A DNA stretch of 64,000 nt from Candidatus Heimdallarchaeota archaeon (GTDB lineage Archaea; Asgardarchaeota; Heimdallarchaeia; Hodarchaeales; Hodarchaeaceae). The translations under genes were made by a program, and so were the position numbers. Position 1 is the first letter of the stretch. Every line of letters starts with the position of its first letter. The DNA lies in contig CP070695.1 in NCBI GenBank assembly GCA_020353515.1, positions 3,742,277 through 3,806,276 on the forward strand. Direction: 5' to 3'. Below the pieces are notes generated by a model that made no database searches, was not told the origin of the DNA, and was given only the letters and a program-made list of their open reading frames with translations. Positions 19,629 through 30,718 of the stretch are shown here, one piece after another.

Positions 19629-20444
19629 ATGTTGGAAGGATTAATCGTCAGTATCGGAGTTTTCATTCTATTAGGGGTTGTGACATATATTGGGGCATGG
19701 TATACGGCGAAATCAGACTCACCCCGTGCCCTAATTGGTGTATACATTTTATTTTTAACTCTAGCTCAGTTCTTTGCTGCTAAAATTGCAGAATTTGATC
19801 TAGGTCTGGATAATATACCTTTATTTGGGCCTTTATTTACAGATCTGGGAATTCTTCCTATTTATGCACCCGTAGGAGTAATTGTATTTCCATTTACCCT
19901 ACAAATTACAGATATGGTAAACGAGAGATTTGGGAGAAAAGCAGTCTATGAAATGATCTGGATTGCCCTAATTAGTCAAATAATCATGGTTATTCTGTTG
20001 ATGTTGGCTGGATACCTTCCTGCTGCTGGAGATGATCCTTTAATTCCGTTCTCGATTGTCCCCGCGATAACATTAGCTTCTTGGATCAGCTTTCTTATTA
20101 GTGAACGATTTGATGCATGGATCTATGATAGAATTCGTTCATGGATCAAAACGCGAACGGATGAAGGAAGAGAGTGGTGGAGATATCTCTGGATAAGAAA
20201 CGTCTTTAGTGACATCTTAAGTCTCGGATTAGATTCTATCCTCTTTATCCCGTTAGCTTTTCTCATTTTCCCCTCCATTCAGAAGATTTTTGATACCTCA
20301 ATTGAAGTTATTAGCATTGATTTCATGTTTACTCTCATTTCTGGACAATTGATAACTAAATGGTTCCTTGGGTTAATCGACACACCTTATATGTATTTAA
20401 CACGTTGGATTTATGAGAGAAAAGGCCCTATTAATGTCAAATAG
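19629..20444 (+). CDS. yhhQ: Queuosine/archaeosine precursor (preQ0/preQ1) transporter, YhhQ/Vut_1 family
   Basis: FPFTLQITDMVNERFG, ASWISFLISERFD, LWIRNVFS...DSILF, DTPYMY. Confidence 0.88.
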   Translation: MLEGLIVSIGVFILLGVVTYIGAWYTAKSDSPRALIGVYILFLTLAQFFAAKIAEFDLGLDNIPLFGPLFTDLGILPIYAPVGVIVFPFTLQITDMVNERFGRKAVYEMIWIALISQIIMVILLMLAGYLPAAGDDPLIPFSIVPAITLASWISFLISERFDAWIYDRIRSWIKTRTDEGREWWRYLWIRNVFSDILSLGLDSILFIPLAFLIFPSIQKIFDTSIEVISIDFMFTLISGQLITKWFLGLIDTPYMYLTRWIYERKGPINVK

Positions 20445-20472
20445 TTAAATAATAATAAGACTGCTTTTCCCC

Positions 20473-22641
20473 TTAAATCGATACCAAACTCTCCAGAGCG
20501 TTGATAATGGGTAGAGATCTTCCTTTGTACATCACATTTGGGTAATATTGTGAATAATACTTCAGTCCCACTCCAAATGTAACAACTAAACGATCTTCAT
20601 CTGATAAAGATCCTGTCTCCCCAGTTAAAGAGCCGATTTTTCTTGTTTGGCTAGATTTTATCTTAGGGATTAGAGTGTTCCATTCAATAGTTTCTGGGTC
20701 TTTCCGACGTTTTCTACATACGAAAATAATATCAAATTCAATACTTTTTTTCCCTCGGATCTGAGTACTGGTTTCCATTTCAGCACGAACAGGATAGACC
20801 GCTGCAATATAAAATTCATTATCTAAAAGGCTTTCTATTATGGAAGACCAGGCTTTCAACTGTTTATGATGGAAAGTAAACACCAACAGTCCTTCTACTT
20901 TCAACACACGATGAATTTCTGCAAAAACGGTTTTCAGTCCGCGTTGGTAATCCTTTTCGGTTTTTCCAAGTTTAGGGTTTTTCACAATTTCTGCTTTCTT
21001 CGGAGATAATGGTGGCTTGAACCATGGATACGAATCTTCAAGACCAAGACGTAACCATATGTAATAAAAATCTGATAACTCTGCATATTGAACATTATCA
21101 TAGTAAGGAGGATCTGTTATCACTAAATCCACACTATTATCAGGTATCTGGATCTCATGGGAGGAATGACAATATAAATAAATACTTCCTGATGGTTTTT
21201 GAATTAGCTCTGAATAGGAAGAAACCACTCTTCCAGTAATTGAACGTGTCATAGATTGGCGTTTAGTTTTCCCCTCTTCAGTAATATAATATTCATATGG
21301 ATTCTGACAAAACTCCTTTATTCGTATAGTTTTAGCAAAGAAGTTCTTGAAGGTACCTGTTCCATATTTCGCTGTTCCAAAAACATTATTCTCAACTGGA
21401 TTCAGTGTAGCAGGAAAAGCATGTTTGCGAAATAAGTTGTAGATATAATGGTTCTTTCGATGATACTCACATAGGAGGTTATTGTACTCCAGAGCTGTTG
21501 AAAACGTAATAAGGAAGAATTCTCTAATGTTCTGATCTTGAATTTGTAGAATCTCTTTCAGTATTTTTCCAAGGGCTAATAGTTGTCTAGCATTAAACAT
21601 ATCTGTAAAATAGAGAATTCTATGATTTAGTAATTCCTGAGTTTTTGCTCCCAATGGAATGGGTTGATTAGGAAGAGGTAACAGCTCTCGAATTGATTCC
21701 AATTCTTGATAAGCCTTTTGGTAGAGTTCATGATCTTTGGAATCAGCTCGTTTATAATCCCGCGTTTTACAATTAGGACAAAAATACTCTAACGCATACA
21801 ACTTTTCGATAGGTCTTCCTTGTTTAGTACTAGTTTCAACAATCTTAGCTGAATACTCACATTGCGGACAATAAAATTTTCCTCGCTTAACAATATAAGA
21901 AGATGAATCAAAAGCATAACTGCACTCAGGACATTGCAGATTCTTTTTCTTTATCGGATCCTGAAAAATAGTATTACATTGAGGGCATAGAAAGTATCCT
22001 AAACTGGAATCACTACGGCCATATGCAAACAAGTAACTTCTAAAAAGAGATAAGGTATCTGAACACTGTTCACATCGAATCTCTTTCACCCAGAAAAAAT
22101 ACATGACGTCTGCATAGTGTAAACAATGTTCACACTGCGTTTTATAGTATCTAGCGAGTTCTGAACTTATTTTGGAAGAGAGTTTCTTAAATTCACCCTG
22201 AAGGTTGTTGATATTAACATCTTCTAACTCTTTTTTTACTGTAAACCAAGCAACAGGATTCAAATCCCCTCCAATTACTCCCCCAAACCCTAAACGAATA
22301 GCTTCAACAATAGTTGTACCCCCACCCATAAATGGATCCAATACAACGAGATCGTGAAAACTGTACTCTTCTAGATAAATGTCCCAAAAATCCTTCTCTG
22401 ATAGTACTCTATGATTAGGTTGAATAGATTCATCTTTCAATTTGTTTAATGAAGAAGAAAGTGATGCATAAATAAGAATGGATCTAAATACTGAACCTAA
22501 GCGGCGAGCAAACCATTTATGAAGAGTAAGAACAGGACGATAATATCTTTTTGCATTACTTTCTTTATACGCTATCTCACTAACTTTTGAGAAAGGGAAA
22601 TAAGTTTCTATAGCTCTTTCTGGTACTTTTTTTTGCTCCAT
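20473..22641 (-). CDS. Adenine-specific DNA methyltransferase with Zn-ribbon insert (DUF1156/COG1743-like)
   Basis: LHKWFARR, LDPFMGGGTT, multiple CxxC pairs, TDPPYYDNVQYAELSDF, FTFHH. Confidence 0.88.
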   Translation of the reverse strand: MEQKKVPERAIETYFPFSKVSEIAYKESNAKRYYRPVLTLHKWFARRLGSVFRSILIYASLSSSLNKLKDESIQPNHRVLSEKDFWDIYLEEYSFHDLVVLDPFMGGGTTIVEAIRLGFGGVIGGDLNPVAWFTVKKELEDVNINNLQGEFKKLSSKISSELARYYKTQCEHCLHYADVMYFFWVKEIRCEQCSDTLSLFRSYLFAYGRSDSSLGYFLCPQCNTIFQDPIKKKNLQCPECSYAFDSSSYIVKRGKFYCPQCEYSAKIVETSTKQGRPIEKLYALEYFCPNCKTRDYKRADSKDHELYQKAYQELESIRELLPLPNQPIPLGAKTQELLNHRILYFTDMFNARQLLALGKILKEILQIQDQNIREFFLITFSTALEYNNLLCEYHRKNHYIYNLFRKHAFPATLNPVENNVFGTAKYGTGTFKNFFAKTIRIKEFCQNPYEYYITEEGKTKRQSMTRSITGRVVSSYSELIQKPSGSIYLYCHSSHEIQIPDNSVDLVITDPPYYDNVQYAELSDFYYIWLRLGLEDSYPWFKPPLSPKKAEIVKNPKLGKTEKDYQRGLKTVFAEIHRVLKVEGLLVFTFHHKQLKAWSSIIESLLDNEFYIAAVYPVRAEMETSTQIRGKKSIEFDIIFVCRKRRKDPETIEWNTLIPKIKSSQTRKIGSLTGETGSLSDEDRLVVTFGVGLKYYSQYYPNVMYKGRSLPIINALESLVSI

Positions 22642-22669
22642 ACTTTTATTCCATCAATCATAATTGTTC

Positions 22670-23689
22670 TTATAGATAAAGCGCGATGAAAAAATCACCC
22701 AATAATGTGAATATTATAAAAATAACAGCCGAGAAGATCGCTGATATTGGTGTTGTGATTACCCAACTTATCCCTATTTCTTTGAGGCTATCTTTGTCCA
22801 TTTTCTCTTTATTGACGAAACCCACACCAATGAATGCTGCAACTAGGATATGGGATCCAGACAATGGCATCCCCATTAGTGTTCCGAAAAACATAATTAA
22901 GGATACAGAGACACTCGCAGCTAGCGCAGATGTAGGACTAAGGGCAACAATGTCACTAGATAGCTTTTTGACTACTCTTCTCCCAAGTAGGATAACACCA
23001 ATACACATTCCTAAACCCCCCGCGACAAGAGCGTAGATCAGCCCCATTCCACTAGAAAATTCATCAAGGGCCATCAATGGGCCAATCGCTTTTGCTACGT
23101 CATTTCCACTACGAGAAAATACTGAAAATAGCAAAAAGAGAGCCAATGCATAAGAGGCGATCTTTTCTTGCCGTTCATAATCAGAATAGCCAGTGGTTTT
23201 TATAGATTGACGAAATCTCATTATTAACCAGTAAAAGAAATATCCTCCAATCAAACCAATAACAGGACTAACTACCCAACTGGCAACGACTTCGAATAAC
23301 GTATTAAAATTTATTTGGTTCAGAAAATCCCAGCCATATCGCACTATAATAACTCCTAATACGCTACCAATAACTGATTGGGTGGAGCTAATTGGAACTC
23401 CTTTTATTGATACAATAAAAAGCCAAAGGGCCATTGAGATTAAGATTACAAATATCATATCTAATTCTAATGGCGCGGTGGATATTCCTTTTCCTACGGT
23501 CTTAGACACGGACTCTCCTAGAAAGAAAACGCCAATGAAATTAAAAATACCACCAATAATGACAGCAACACTCAGCGAAAGTAACCCAGCACCAACCGCT
23601 GGAGTCATAGTTTCATCATTAGCCCCAATAGTGAATGCGACGACAAAACCAAGGAGAAGAGCAGCACCTAATATAATGGGCTCGGCCAA
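22670..23689 (-). CDS. pit: PiT-family inorganic phosphate transporter
   Basis: IGAND, PISSTQS, SGNDVA, PLSGSH, SWVIT signatures. Confidence 0.92.
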   Translation of the reverse strand: MAEPIILGAALLLGFVVAFTIGANDETMTPAVGAGLLSLSVAVIIGGIFNFIGVFFLGESVSKTVGKGISTAPLELDMIFVILISMALWLFIVSIKGVPISSTQSVIGSVLGVIIVRYGWDFLNQINFNTLFEVVASWVVSPVIGLIGGYFFYWLIMRFRQSIKTTGYSDYERQEKIASYALALFLLFSVFSRSGNDVAKAIGPLMALDEFSSGMGLIYALVAGGLGMCIGVILLGRRVVKKLSSDIVALSPTSALAASVSVSLIMFFGTLMGMPLSGSHILVAAFIGVGFVNKEKMDKDSLKEIGISWVITTPISAIFSAVIFIIFTLLGDFFIALYL

Positions 23690-23710
23690 TGTTTTTCACC
23701 CATGATCAAT

Positions 23711-24373
23711 CTAACTATGTTTTGCTATGAGCACCTTTAAGTAATCAGTGCCTTGCTCTGCTTCAATACTAATGCGAGTAGTAGCGTTGAGGACTCGACT
23801 CGTACCTCTCGGAAGTTCGTCATTCACTATCTTTTCTGAGATAATATAAAATAGGTCTCTAACTTCATCCCTTTTCTCTTCTACTTTGCGCGCAAGCTTT
23901 GATGCTTTTTCAAAATCTTCGAAAAAGAACTTATTAGCTTCCACAAAGTCTTCTATAACATCTTCAGTCAAATCTATTATCCGATCCATTTCGGGTGGAA
24001 AATAACTCGCATCAATTTTCTTTATGCAGACTACGCGAACAGCTCTTTCAATACGATCTAATAGGTGATCCGCGTTCAACATCATAGTGTAACGTTCCTC
24101 AGTGATTTGGGGGAGATAGGTCTTCTTTCTAAAAATCGTTTCAAAGAAAACATCTTTTACTTTGTCCGCATCCCGTTCTAATTTAATTATTTCGTCTCTT
24201 AACGCAAGGCCTCGTTCATAATCTCCTCCTCTCCAAGCTTTTAACGCTTTTTCGAATTTATCATAAGCTTCTTCTATAGACTCAACAAGCTTGATAAACA
24301 GTTCTGTTCCTTTTTTATGGATATCTTTATCCCTTAATAACTGTCCAAAGTATTCTCCAGTCATGGAATTCAC
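23711..24373 (-). CDS. DUF47/PhoU-like phosphate transport regulator
   Basis: LERDADKVK and VEEKRDEVR repeats; adjacent to Pit. Confidence 0.85.
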   Translation of the reverse strand: MNSMTGEYFGQLLRDKDIHKKGTELFIKLVESIEEAYDKFEKALKAWRGGDYERGLALRDEIIKLERDADKVKDVFFETIFRKKTYLPQITEERYTMMLNADHLLDRIERAVRVVCIKKIDASYFPPEMDRIIDLTEDVIEDFVEANKFFFEDFEKASKLARKVEEKRDEVRDLFYIISEKIVNDELPRGTSRVLNATTRISIEAEQGTDYLKVLIAKHS

Positions 24374-24433
24374 TTCTATAGATTTTATATCCTTCTTGTA
24401 AAAAATATTCTTTTAATATAGGTATAAACTCTC

Positions 24434-26542
24434 TTAATTAGAAACAATATTTATATTTTTTAGATGATTGAAGAACTTTGATAAGATTTTTTCTAAATCA
24501 ATCGGGGGTTTTTGAGAATAGATTATTGAGATCTTGGGTAGAAAATCTGCAAAAATTTCTTCCCAAGCTGCTACATTCAAATCTTTTCTTGTAGAAGTCG
24601 AATAAGTTTCAATACTCTTTTCTATCTGCGACTCTAGGGACTCCCAACTCATTAATTTCTTTGTTGAGATTACTTCAGATGTTTTTCGACAAACCAGAAT
24701 GATGTCAAAATTTCTTCCTTTAACAGGTCTAGCACCGAATTCACTCCTTACAGGAAACGCTGCTGTTATCAAAAATTGACTATTTTGTAGTGCGTCGAGA
24801 ATCATCACCCACGCGGTTACGTTAGAATGGTGAAATGTAAAAACCAGAGGAGCATGTGATTTTAATACCGTATAGCATTCTTGAAATACTTTGGTAATTT
24901 TATTGAGGAAATTCTCCTTTTCTTGAGATGTACTTACTTCTTGATCTATATGAATTAGATCTGATCGAAATGCAGGATATTGAGAGGCTAAGGCTTGTTT
25001 TAACCAAACAAAAAAGAAATTTGCTAGTTCATTATACTGTATAAAATCAAAATACGGTGGATCTGTCACCACAATATCAACAGACTCTGGTGGAATACCA
25101 AAAGCTTGAAGATCCTCTGATGTGTCGTTTATGAGTAATGTATCAGCGTTTTCTTTTGCTATTAATGTTTGAAAACTATCAACAGAATTGGCTTCGATAC
25201 GATCTCCTTTGATAGGAATCCTGACTATCTGATCTTTTTTAATAGCAATTTCAAACGGGGATTTGCAATAGTATTTTGCTTTTTTTATCCTTTCAAGGTA
25301 AGTGATGAAGGTTCCATTCCCTTTTCTGCTTCCCCAAACGTTATTTTCCACATACATGGTTGGTACTAAAAATGATTGATAATTAAAGACATTAACGATT
25401 TGTTTCATCGTATAATTATAAGGACAGATCACAGTGTGAAATTCCAAGCTACTAGAAAACGCTGCTAAAAGGAATTCTTTTATATTTGAGTCTGAAACTT
25501 GTGCTATTTCCCCTAATAACAGACTTAGACTCAATAGTTGTCTTTTGTTAAAGAGGTCAGAAAAGCGTTTAAACCCATAATTTCGAAGATTTGAAATATT
25601 CTTCCCCCCTAGGGGTAATAATTCACGGGGAAATAGTAAATCATGTTTCTTTTTAGTAAATTCTTCTTTTATTTTCTCAAACTGATCTTTATCCTGTTTA
25701 TTAACTGTTTTATAATCACGCACGCCACATTTTTCACAATAGAATTCTATAGCTATTTGTCTTGAGGACAAAGAACTAGTAGGTTGTTGAAGCAGCTCTA
25801 TCAATTTGTATTCTTTCTGGCAACTGGTACAACTGAATTGTTTTAAACGACAATTCCCCAATTTTGGAATAAAGTCTTGAGAACACATGGGACATTTTGA
25901 TATCTCATCAAGCTTCTCCCATGTATGAAATAAATGGTCACATTGAGGACATATCACCATGGTAGCTGGACTTTTGCGTTGTTTCTTGCCAATGATGTAA
26001 TACTTGAATAGATCTTCCTGTGAATTACATGAAGGGCAAAGAATTGTACGAACCCAAAACACGTACATAATATCTGCATTTGGGGAGTTACATTCTGGAC
26101 ATACAGTATTATAATAGGATTTAATTTTTCTTCCAACGCTTTGAAAGATATTTTCAACCTCTTGATCAAAAACATTTTCATTGAATGGATCAAATTCTTT
26201 CTTTGTTGTAAACCACGCGATTGGATTTACATCAATTCCTACAGTTTTTATTCCAAGGCGATGAAACTCAATCAAGCTAGTTCCTCCGCCACAAAAGGGA
26301 TCTAAAGCGATTTTTCCCCGAAAATCATGGTTTTGATAGAAAGCTCCCTCTCCTGAATGGTTTGGATCGAATAGCTCATCTTGATAAAAATGTGCAAGGC
26401 CTATTGCCCGAAATGTTGTTCCAGGTCTTCGTGCCCATGATTTGTGTACTGAATAAATTGGCCGATAGAATTGTCGTCTCTGACTTTCCACTTTTGCCAG
26501 TGGTTGAATAGCAACAAGAGGAAATCGTTCTTCAATTGTCAA
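24434..26542 (-). CDS. Adenine-specific DNA methyltransferase with Zn-ribbon insert (paralog of 20473..22641)
   Basis: VHKSWARR, LDPFCGGGTS, CxxC pairs, TDPPYFDFIQYNELANFF, FTFHH. Confidence 0.88.
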   Translation of the reverse strand: MTIEERFPLVAIQPLAKVESQRRQFYRPIYSVHKSWARRPGTTFRAIGLAHFYQDELFDPNHSGEGAFYQNHDFRGKIALDPFCGGGTSLIEFHRLGIKTVGIDVNPIAWFTTKKEFDPFNENVFDQEVENIFQSVGRKIKSYYNTVCPECNSPNADIMYVFWVRTILCPSCNSQEDLFKYYIIGKKQRKSPATMVICPQCDHLFHTWEKLDEISKCPMCSQDFIPKLGNCRLKQFSCTSCQKEYKLIELLQQPTSSLSSRQIAIEFYCEKCGVRDYKTVNKQDKDQFEKIKEEFTKKKHDLLFPRELLPLGGKNISNLRNYGFKRFSDLFNKRQLLSLSLLLGEIAQVSDSNIKEFLLAAFSSSLEFHTVICPYNYTMKQIVNVFNYQSFLVPTMYVENNVWGSRKGNGTFITYLERIKKAKYYCKSPFEIAIKKDQIVRIPIKGDRIEANSVDSFQTLIAKENADTLLINDTSEDLQAFGIPPESVDIVVTDPPYFDFIQYNELANFFFVWLKQALASQYPAFRSDLIHIDQEVSTSQEKENFLNKITKVFQECYTVLKSHAPLVFTFHHSNVTAWVMILDALQNSQFLITAAFPVRSEFGARPVKGRNFDIILVCRKTSEVISTKKLMSWESLESQIEKSIETYSTSTRKDLNVAAWEEIFADFLPKISIIYSQKPPIDLEKILSKFFNHLKNINIVSN

Positions 26543-26575
26543 AAAGACAACATCCTATTATCGTAACAAGAGTAT

Positions 26576-28885
26576 TTAGTGAAACTTATAGAGCTCCTCA
26601 TTCAATATTTCATAAACTTGTTTCATAAAGATTGGTACATCAGGTACCCCAAGTATTTCACAGATTTTTCTGTCTAATAAATGCCGAATATGATTTTTAT
26701 TGTTCATTGCATCTTTGATTTGATAATAAAAGGACTTGAAGTGGCTTGATTCAAGAATAAACTGGTCAAAAATCTGAAATAAATCTCTTCGATCGACATC
26801 AATCACCTTTTTGGGATCCAAACAGAAGAAATTTCGAACATCGGTCCCGAAAATTTGTCCAAGAGCTCCTGTCTTTTCTCTACGTAACACAAAGTACGTC
26901 AAGAGAAAAATAGAGCTATTTAAGTAAGCTGCAATGATTTTGTCATGAAATTCTTCGTATGTTCTAATAAATATAAAATTATCAGAAAGGATAACAGGAT
27001 TTGGAGAATAATAAGCAATGATTTTGTTACTTAGTAAACTCAGCTCATGCGTAATAGCTATTCTGGCTATTTTCCGCCCTTTTTCTATATGTTTGAAAGC
27101 AAGTGTTTCAAATCCTGTTTTTCGGAATTTTTGAACCCCCCAGTTAACATAATGCTTAATAGCTTCATCCAAATCATTCCAGGGAGGAATTACAACAACA
27201 AAATCTGATATTTTTGGCATAATTCGTTCATAGAGAGAAGATTTCCTTAACACAGGAGACAGATATTGGATTGATAATTTCATTGTAGTATTAGTTTCTA
27301 TATTCTGAATTTTTATCCATAGTTTCGACTGCTCAGTGATTTTCCAATATTTATTAGGAAGATAGAAGAAATTTGAGATCCCTGCGCGAAAACCACGATC
27401 AACATCATACCGTGGTGTCTTCACCAATTGAGCTATAGGAGAAGTCAGATTTAAATTTCTTATCTGTTCAAATAAATTAAAGAAACGTTGATTAAATAGG
27501 TATACAACCCAATTCAAGTCAATATTTTCTTTCAAAGTTTGAAAAGGGATAAGATTTATTCGAATATTTAGATCTTCATAAGTTTCATTAGTAGCTTCTT
27601 CTATTATTTTACCTATTCTACGATAGTTCTTTCTTGTTAATTCTGTCTTTAAAACGATAAATTTAGTCTTTGACTCCCTTATCTGGCCTCTTTGTGCAAT
27701 GAAGAGAATTTCCTTGAATGTACATTGTTCTGAAAAAGCAGTCTGAACTTCTGAGGTAATAATATACTTAAAATGGAATCTTGAAAAAAGAAATTTTAGC
27801 ACTGGTCTCATCGTAGAAGAGTTAATTAGAGAAAGAGGGAGAATAAAAGCGAGAATACCATTCTTTTTCAAAAATCTCAATGAATCTAGAAGAAAATAAG
27901 CATATAACCCTAAATATTTTTTGTTATAATTAATGGAAATCCCCTCATGACGAAGATGAGCCTCTAGAAAATCTTTATACTCACTATCTAAACGATCTCC
28001 ACGTGTAAACGGAGGATTACCAAGTAGGATGTCAAATTTTCCTAATTGCGTCTTATTTCCTTTCATTCTACTTGAGTATTCAAAAAAATCAATAATTTCG
28101 ATTTGACAATTACTCCAGAGGTCTGTTGGATTCTGGATAGCAAGATTAATTTCAGCTAAATGGGCAGCAAATACTGAAACATCGATACCAAAGAGCTTCT
28201 GTAAAATCTGATCATGTTCCAAGGCTCCATTGAGCTCATTGATTCGCTTATATGCACTTACTAATAGAGTTCCAGAACCACAAGCAGGATCCATGAGATT
28301 AATCTGGTCTTTTTTTATGACTAAGTATGATAAGAATTCACCAACGATATTTGATGTATAGTAAGCCGCCAGAAACTTACGGAGGTCAAATGGAATTAAT
28401 CCATGGAATATTTTTCCTAAAATATCAGTTGAATATTGTAAGTAGCGAAACTGAAGTATTTTTTTGAACACACGATTTAAAGTTGAAACCGATTCATTGG
28501 GAAGTAGTTCTACAACTTGTGCATTGAAGATTACTCCATAATTCTGTTTTGTTACCATTTTATCAAATAGTTTCTGCAGATCTTTCCCATTTTTAAATGA
28601 AAGGGAATCTAATCCATTGTCATCATGTTTTTTCAGTAGAACAATATAAATGAATATCTGGGTAACAATAACAAAAGCTGCAGAACGAACGATTGCTGAT
28701 TCATACTCCTTTTTTCTTTTCACCGTACGTGTTATTTTGTTATCTAAAACTCGGGCAAAAAAGAATCCAAGTGTTCTGTCAAACTTATTAAATCCCACTT
28801 TTTTTGTGTAGGACTCTACTTCGTTTACAGCATCAACTAGAACGTTAAGAACCTCTTCTTCAGTATGAAGGTCTGATTTATTCAA
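26576..28885 (-). CDS. N-6 DNA methylase (type IIG-like M+S architecture, no evident nuclease head)
   Basis: AAYYT, DPACGSGTLL, GNPPFTR, AAYLNSS, LDRKICEILG. Confidence 0.88.
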   Translation of the reverse strand: MNKSDLHTEEEVLNVLVDAVNEVESYTKKVGFNKFDRTLGFFFARVLDNKITRTVKRKKEYESAIVRSAAFVIVTQIFIYIVLLKKHDDNGLDSLSFKNGKDLQKLFDKMVTKQNYGVIFNAQVVELLPNESVSTLNRVFKKILQFRYLQYSTDILGKIFHGLIPFDLRKFLAAYYTSNIVGEFLSYLVIKKDQINLMDPACGSGTLLVSAYKRINELNGALEHDQILQKLFGIDVSVFAAHLAEINLAIQNPTDLWSNCQIEIIDFFEYSSRMKGNKTQLGKFDILLGNPPFTRGDRLDSEYKDFLEAHLRHEGISINYNKKYLGLYAYFLLDSLRFLKKNGILAFILPLSLINSSTMRPVLKFLFSRFHFKYIITSEVQTAFSEQCTFKEILFIAQRGQIRESKTKFIVLKTELTRKNYRRIGKIIEEATNETYEDLNIRINLIPFQTLKENIDLNWVVYLFNQRFFNLFEQIRNLNLTSPIAQLVKTPRYDVDRGFRAGISNFFYLPNKYWKITEQSKLWIKIQNIETNTTMKLSIQYLSPVLRKSSLYERIMPKISDFVVVIPPWNDLDEAIKHYVNWGVQKFRKTGFETLAFKHIEKGRKIARIAITHELSLLSNKIIAYYSPNPVILSDNFIFIRTYEEFHDKIIAAYLNSSIFLLTYFVLRREKTGALGQIFGTDVRNFFCLDPKKVIDVDRRDLFQIFDQFILESSHFKSFYYQIKDAMNNKNHIRHLLDRKICEILGVPDVPIFMKQVYEILNEELYKFH

Positions 28886-29036
28886 ATATGGTCACTTGTT
28901 TTCATGAAATTAAGTCGTAATAGAAAATTTTTTCAGAATTATGTGAGCTTAATTCATATCAATCTAAAATGCTTTAATACTTCCTGTAGTAAAGAAAACT
29001 CTCCTAGTTCATGAAATTAGATTAGGAAGAAAATTA

Positions 29037-29909
29037 ATGGGTATAAGAATCCTTTCAATTACAGAGAAATACTACAAAAACTTGGAAGAAATGTATACCA
29101 ATGTGTTTGGTGAATTTGATAGTTCTACTGACCAAACTAACTTCCGCAGATATATTAGGTTCAGATCAAATCTAATCAAGATCGCTGCCCATTCTTCGAA
29201 AGTGGTCGGGTGTATCATTGGGAGTCGAGATAATTTTCACAAAGCAAGAGTTTATTTTCTTTATGTTCTTCCAAATTTTCAACGACGCTTAATTGGCAGT
29301 GATCTCTTACAGAAATTAGAAATGGAGTTCCGTACCAATCAGTCTAACCTCCGATATATATCGGTACGTATTCCAGAGAAATTCTTTGATTCAAAGGGCT
29401 TTTTTATGAAGCATAGATATGAGATTATTACTAAAATTAACTGCTATGTAAAAAAGGATCTACACTTTCCATTTCAAGCAAACCCAAATCTAGAAATTAG
29501 ATTAGCTACTGAAAATGACCTAAAAAATCTTATCAAACTAGAACATGCCTGTTTTTCAGAATATTGGAGGAAAACAAAGGAAGACTTCAAGGGGGAGATT
29601 GAATCAAAAGTAAATATTCTTTTGATAGCTCTTCTAGATGGAATACTCGTCGGTTACAACTCTAGTTCGATTTCTGCTAATGGAACCAATGGACACTATG
29701 CTCGTATTGCTACACTTCCAGAATTTCGCAAGCAGCATATTGCAACCAGTCTTACAGCTCAAGCTTTTCATTGGTTCCAAGATCAGAAAGTAAGAAACGT
29801 TTTGTTGACAACATTTGCAGAAAGTGAGGCCCATAATTTAATGTACAAAAAGTGGGGGTTTGAATTTGAGGAACAGGAGTTGATTTTAGCTAAAAAAATA
29901 ATAACCTAG
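29037..29909 (+). CDS. Tandem-domain GNAT N-acetyltransferase
   Basis: Two acetyl-CoA motifs: VLPNFQRRLIGS and TLPEFRKQHIAT...YKKWGF. Confidence 0.88.
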   Translation: MGIRILSITEKYYKNLEEMYTNVFGEFDSSTDQTNFRRYIRFRSNLIKIAAHSSKVVGCIIGSRDNFHKARVYFLYVLPNFQRRLIGSDLLQKLEMEFRTNQSNLRYISVRIPEKFFDSKGFFMKHRYEIITKINCYVKKDLHFPFQANPNLEIRLATENDLKNLIKLEHACFSEYWRKTKEDFKGEIESKVNILLIALLDGILVGYNSSSISANGTNGHYARIATLPEFRKQHIATSLTAQAFHWFQDQKVRNVLLTTFAESEAHNLMYKKWGFEFEEQELILAKKIIT

Positions 29910-30517
29910 CTATCTATTTTCTTTTCATTAAAAGAGAGAAGCCTCCAAGTTTGTCTTTGTAACCATTCTATTTCGGTCATTTTACAATTTTCGAACCATT
30001 CATCTGTTTCTGGAAGTAAATCCAATATTGTTCTTAATAAATGGTTTAATGGCCCCCCATGCGTGATTACTAATACGAGCGATGGTGGAGGTTCTAGGTT
30101 ACCAACTTCATTTAGAAATTGTTGAAGACGTTTGACTAAAGAGTTAATACTTTCACCATTAGGTATTTGCTTTGAGTGATCATTGCTAATACTTTCAAAA
30201 AATAGTCTTTCTTTCGGTTGTAACTGATCCCATTTACGTCCAACATATATTCCTAAATCCATCTCTCTTAATAAAGGTGTATAATTAATATCATTTATCT
30301 TTAGTTTTTTTCCAATAATTGTCGCAGTTTCAGCTGCTCTAACTAGATCTGACGAATAAATGCGATCAAATGAAATATATCCCATTAATATCATTCTTTG
30401 CGCGAGTTCGATTGCTTGAAGTCTTCCTTGACTTGTGAGAGGGGAATCCATATGCCCTTGGAGTACCCCCATAGAATTCGCTTCACTTTGTCCGTGTCGA
30501 ACCAGTACAATCTTCAT
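29906..30517 (-). CDS. Histidine phosphatase (phosphoglycerate mutase family)
   Basis: RHGQS, SSDLVRA, PNGES, THGG. Confidence 0.93.
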   Translation of the reverse strand: MKIVLVRHGQSEANSMGVLQGHMDSPLTSQGRLQAIELAQRMILMGYISFDRIYSSDLVRAAETATIIGKKLKINDINYTPLLREMDLGIYVGRKWDQLQPKERLFFESISNDHSKQIPNGESINSLVKRLQQFLNEVGNLEPPPSLVLVITHGGPLNHLLRTILDLLPETDEWFENCKMTEIEWLQRQTWRLLSFNEKKIDS

Positions 30518-30718
30518 TTAACTCTTTTTATGATAATATGTGAAAAATTGATTATGTTTTCCTTCAACTTCTTTCCAATCGATAAACGCAATATAGAAGA
30601 GCTAAAAGAACAATATTGAAGAATCTTCTAAGGTCTATCTAATCCATTTTAAAGGTTTTCAAAAAATACGAGCAACTAATGGTGAAAAATTACAGAATAT
30701 TAAGTTGAGGTTTTCGTT

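Noticed and set aside
20473-28885. BREX, DISARM or complete type I/III R-M system
   Set aside because: No PglZ, BrxC ATPase, helicase, HsdR/Res or separate HsdS gene is recognisable nearby.
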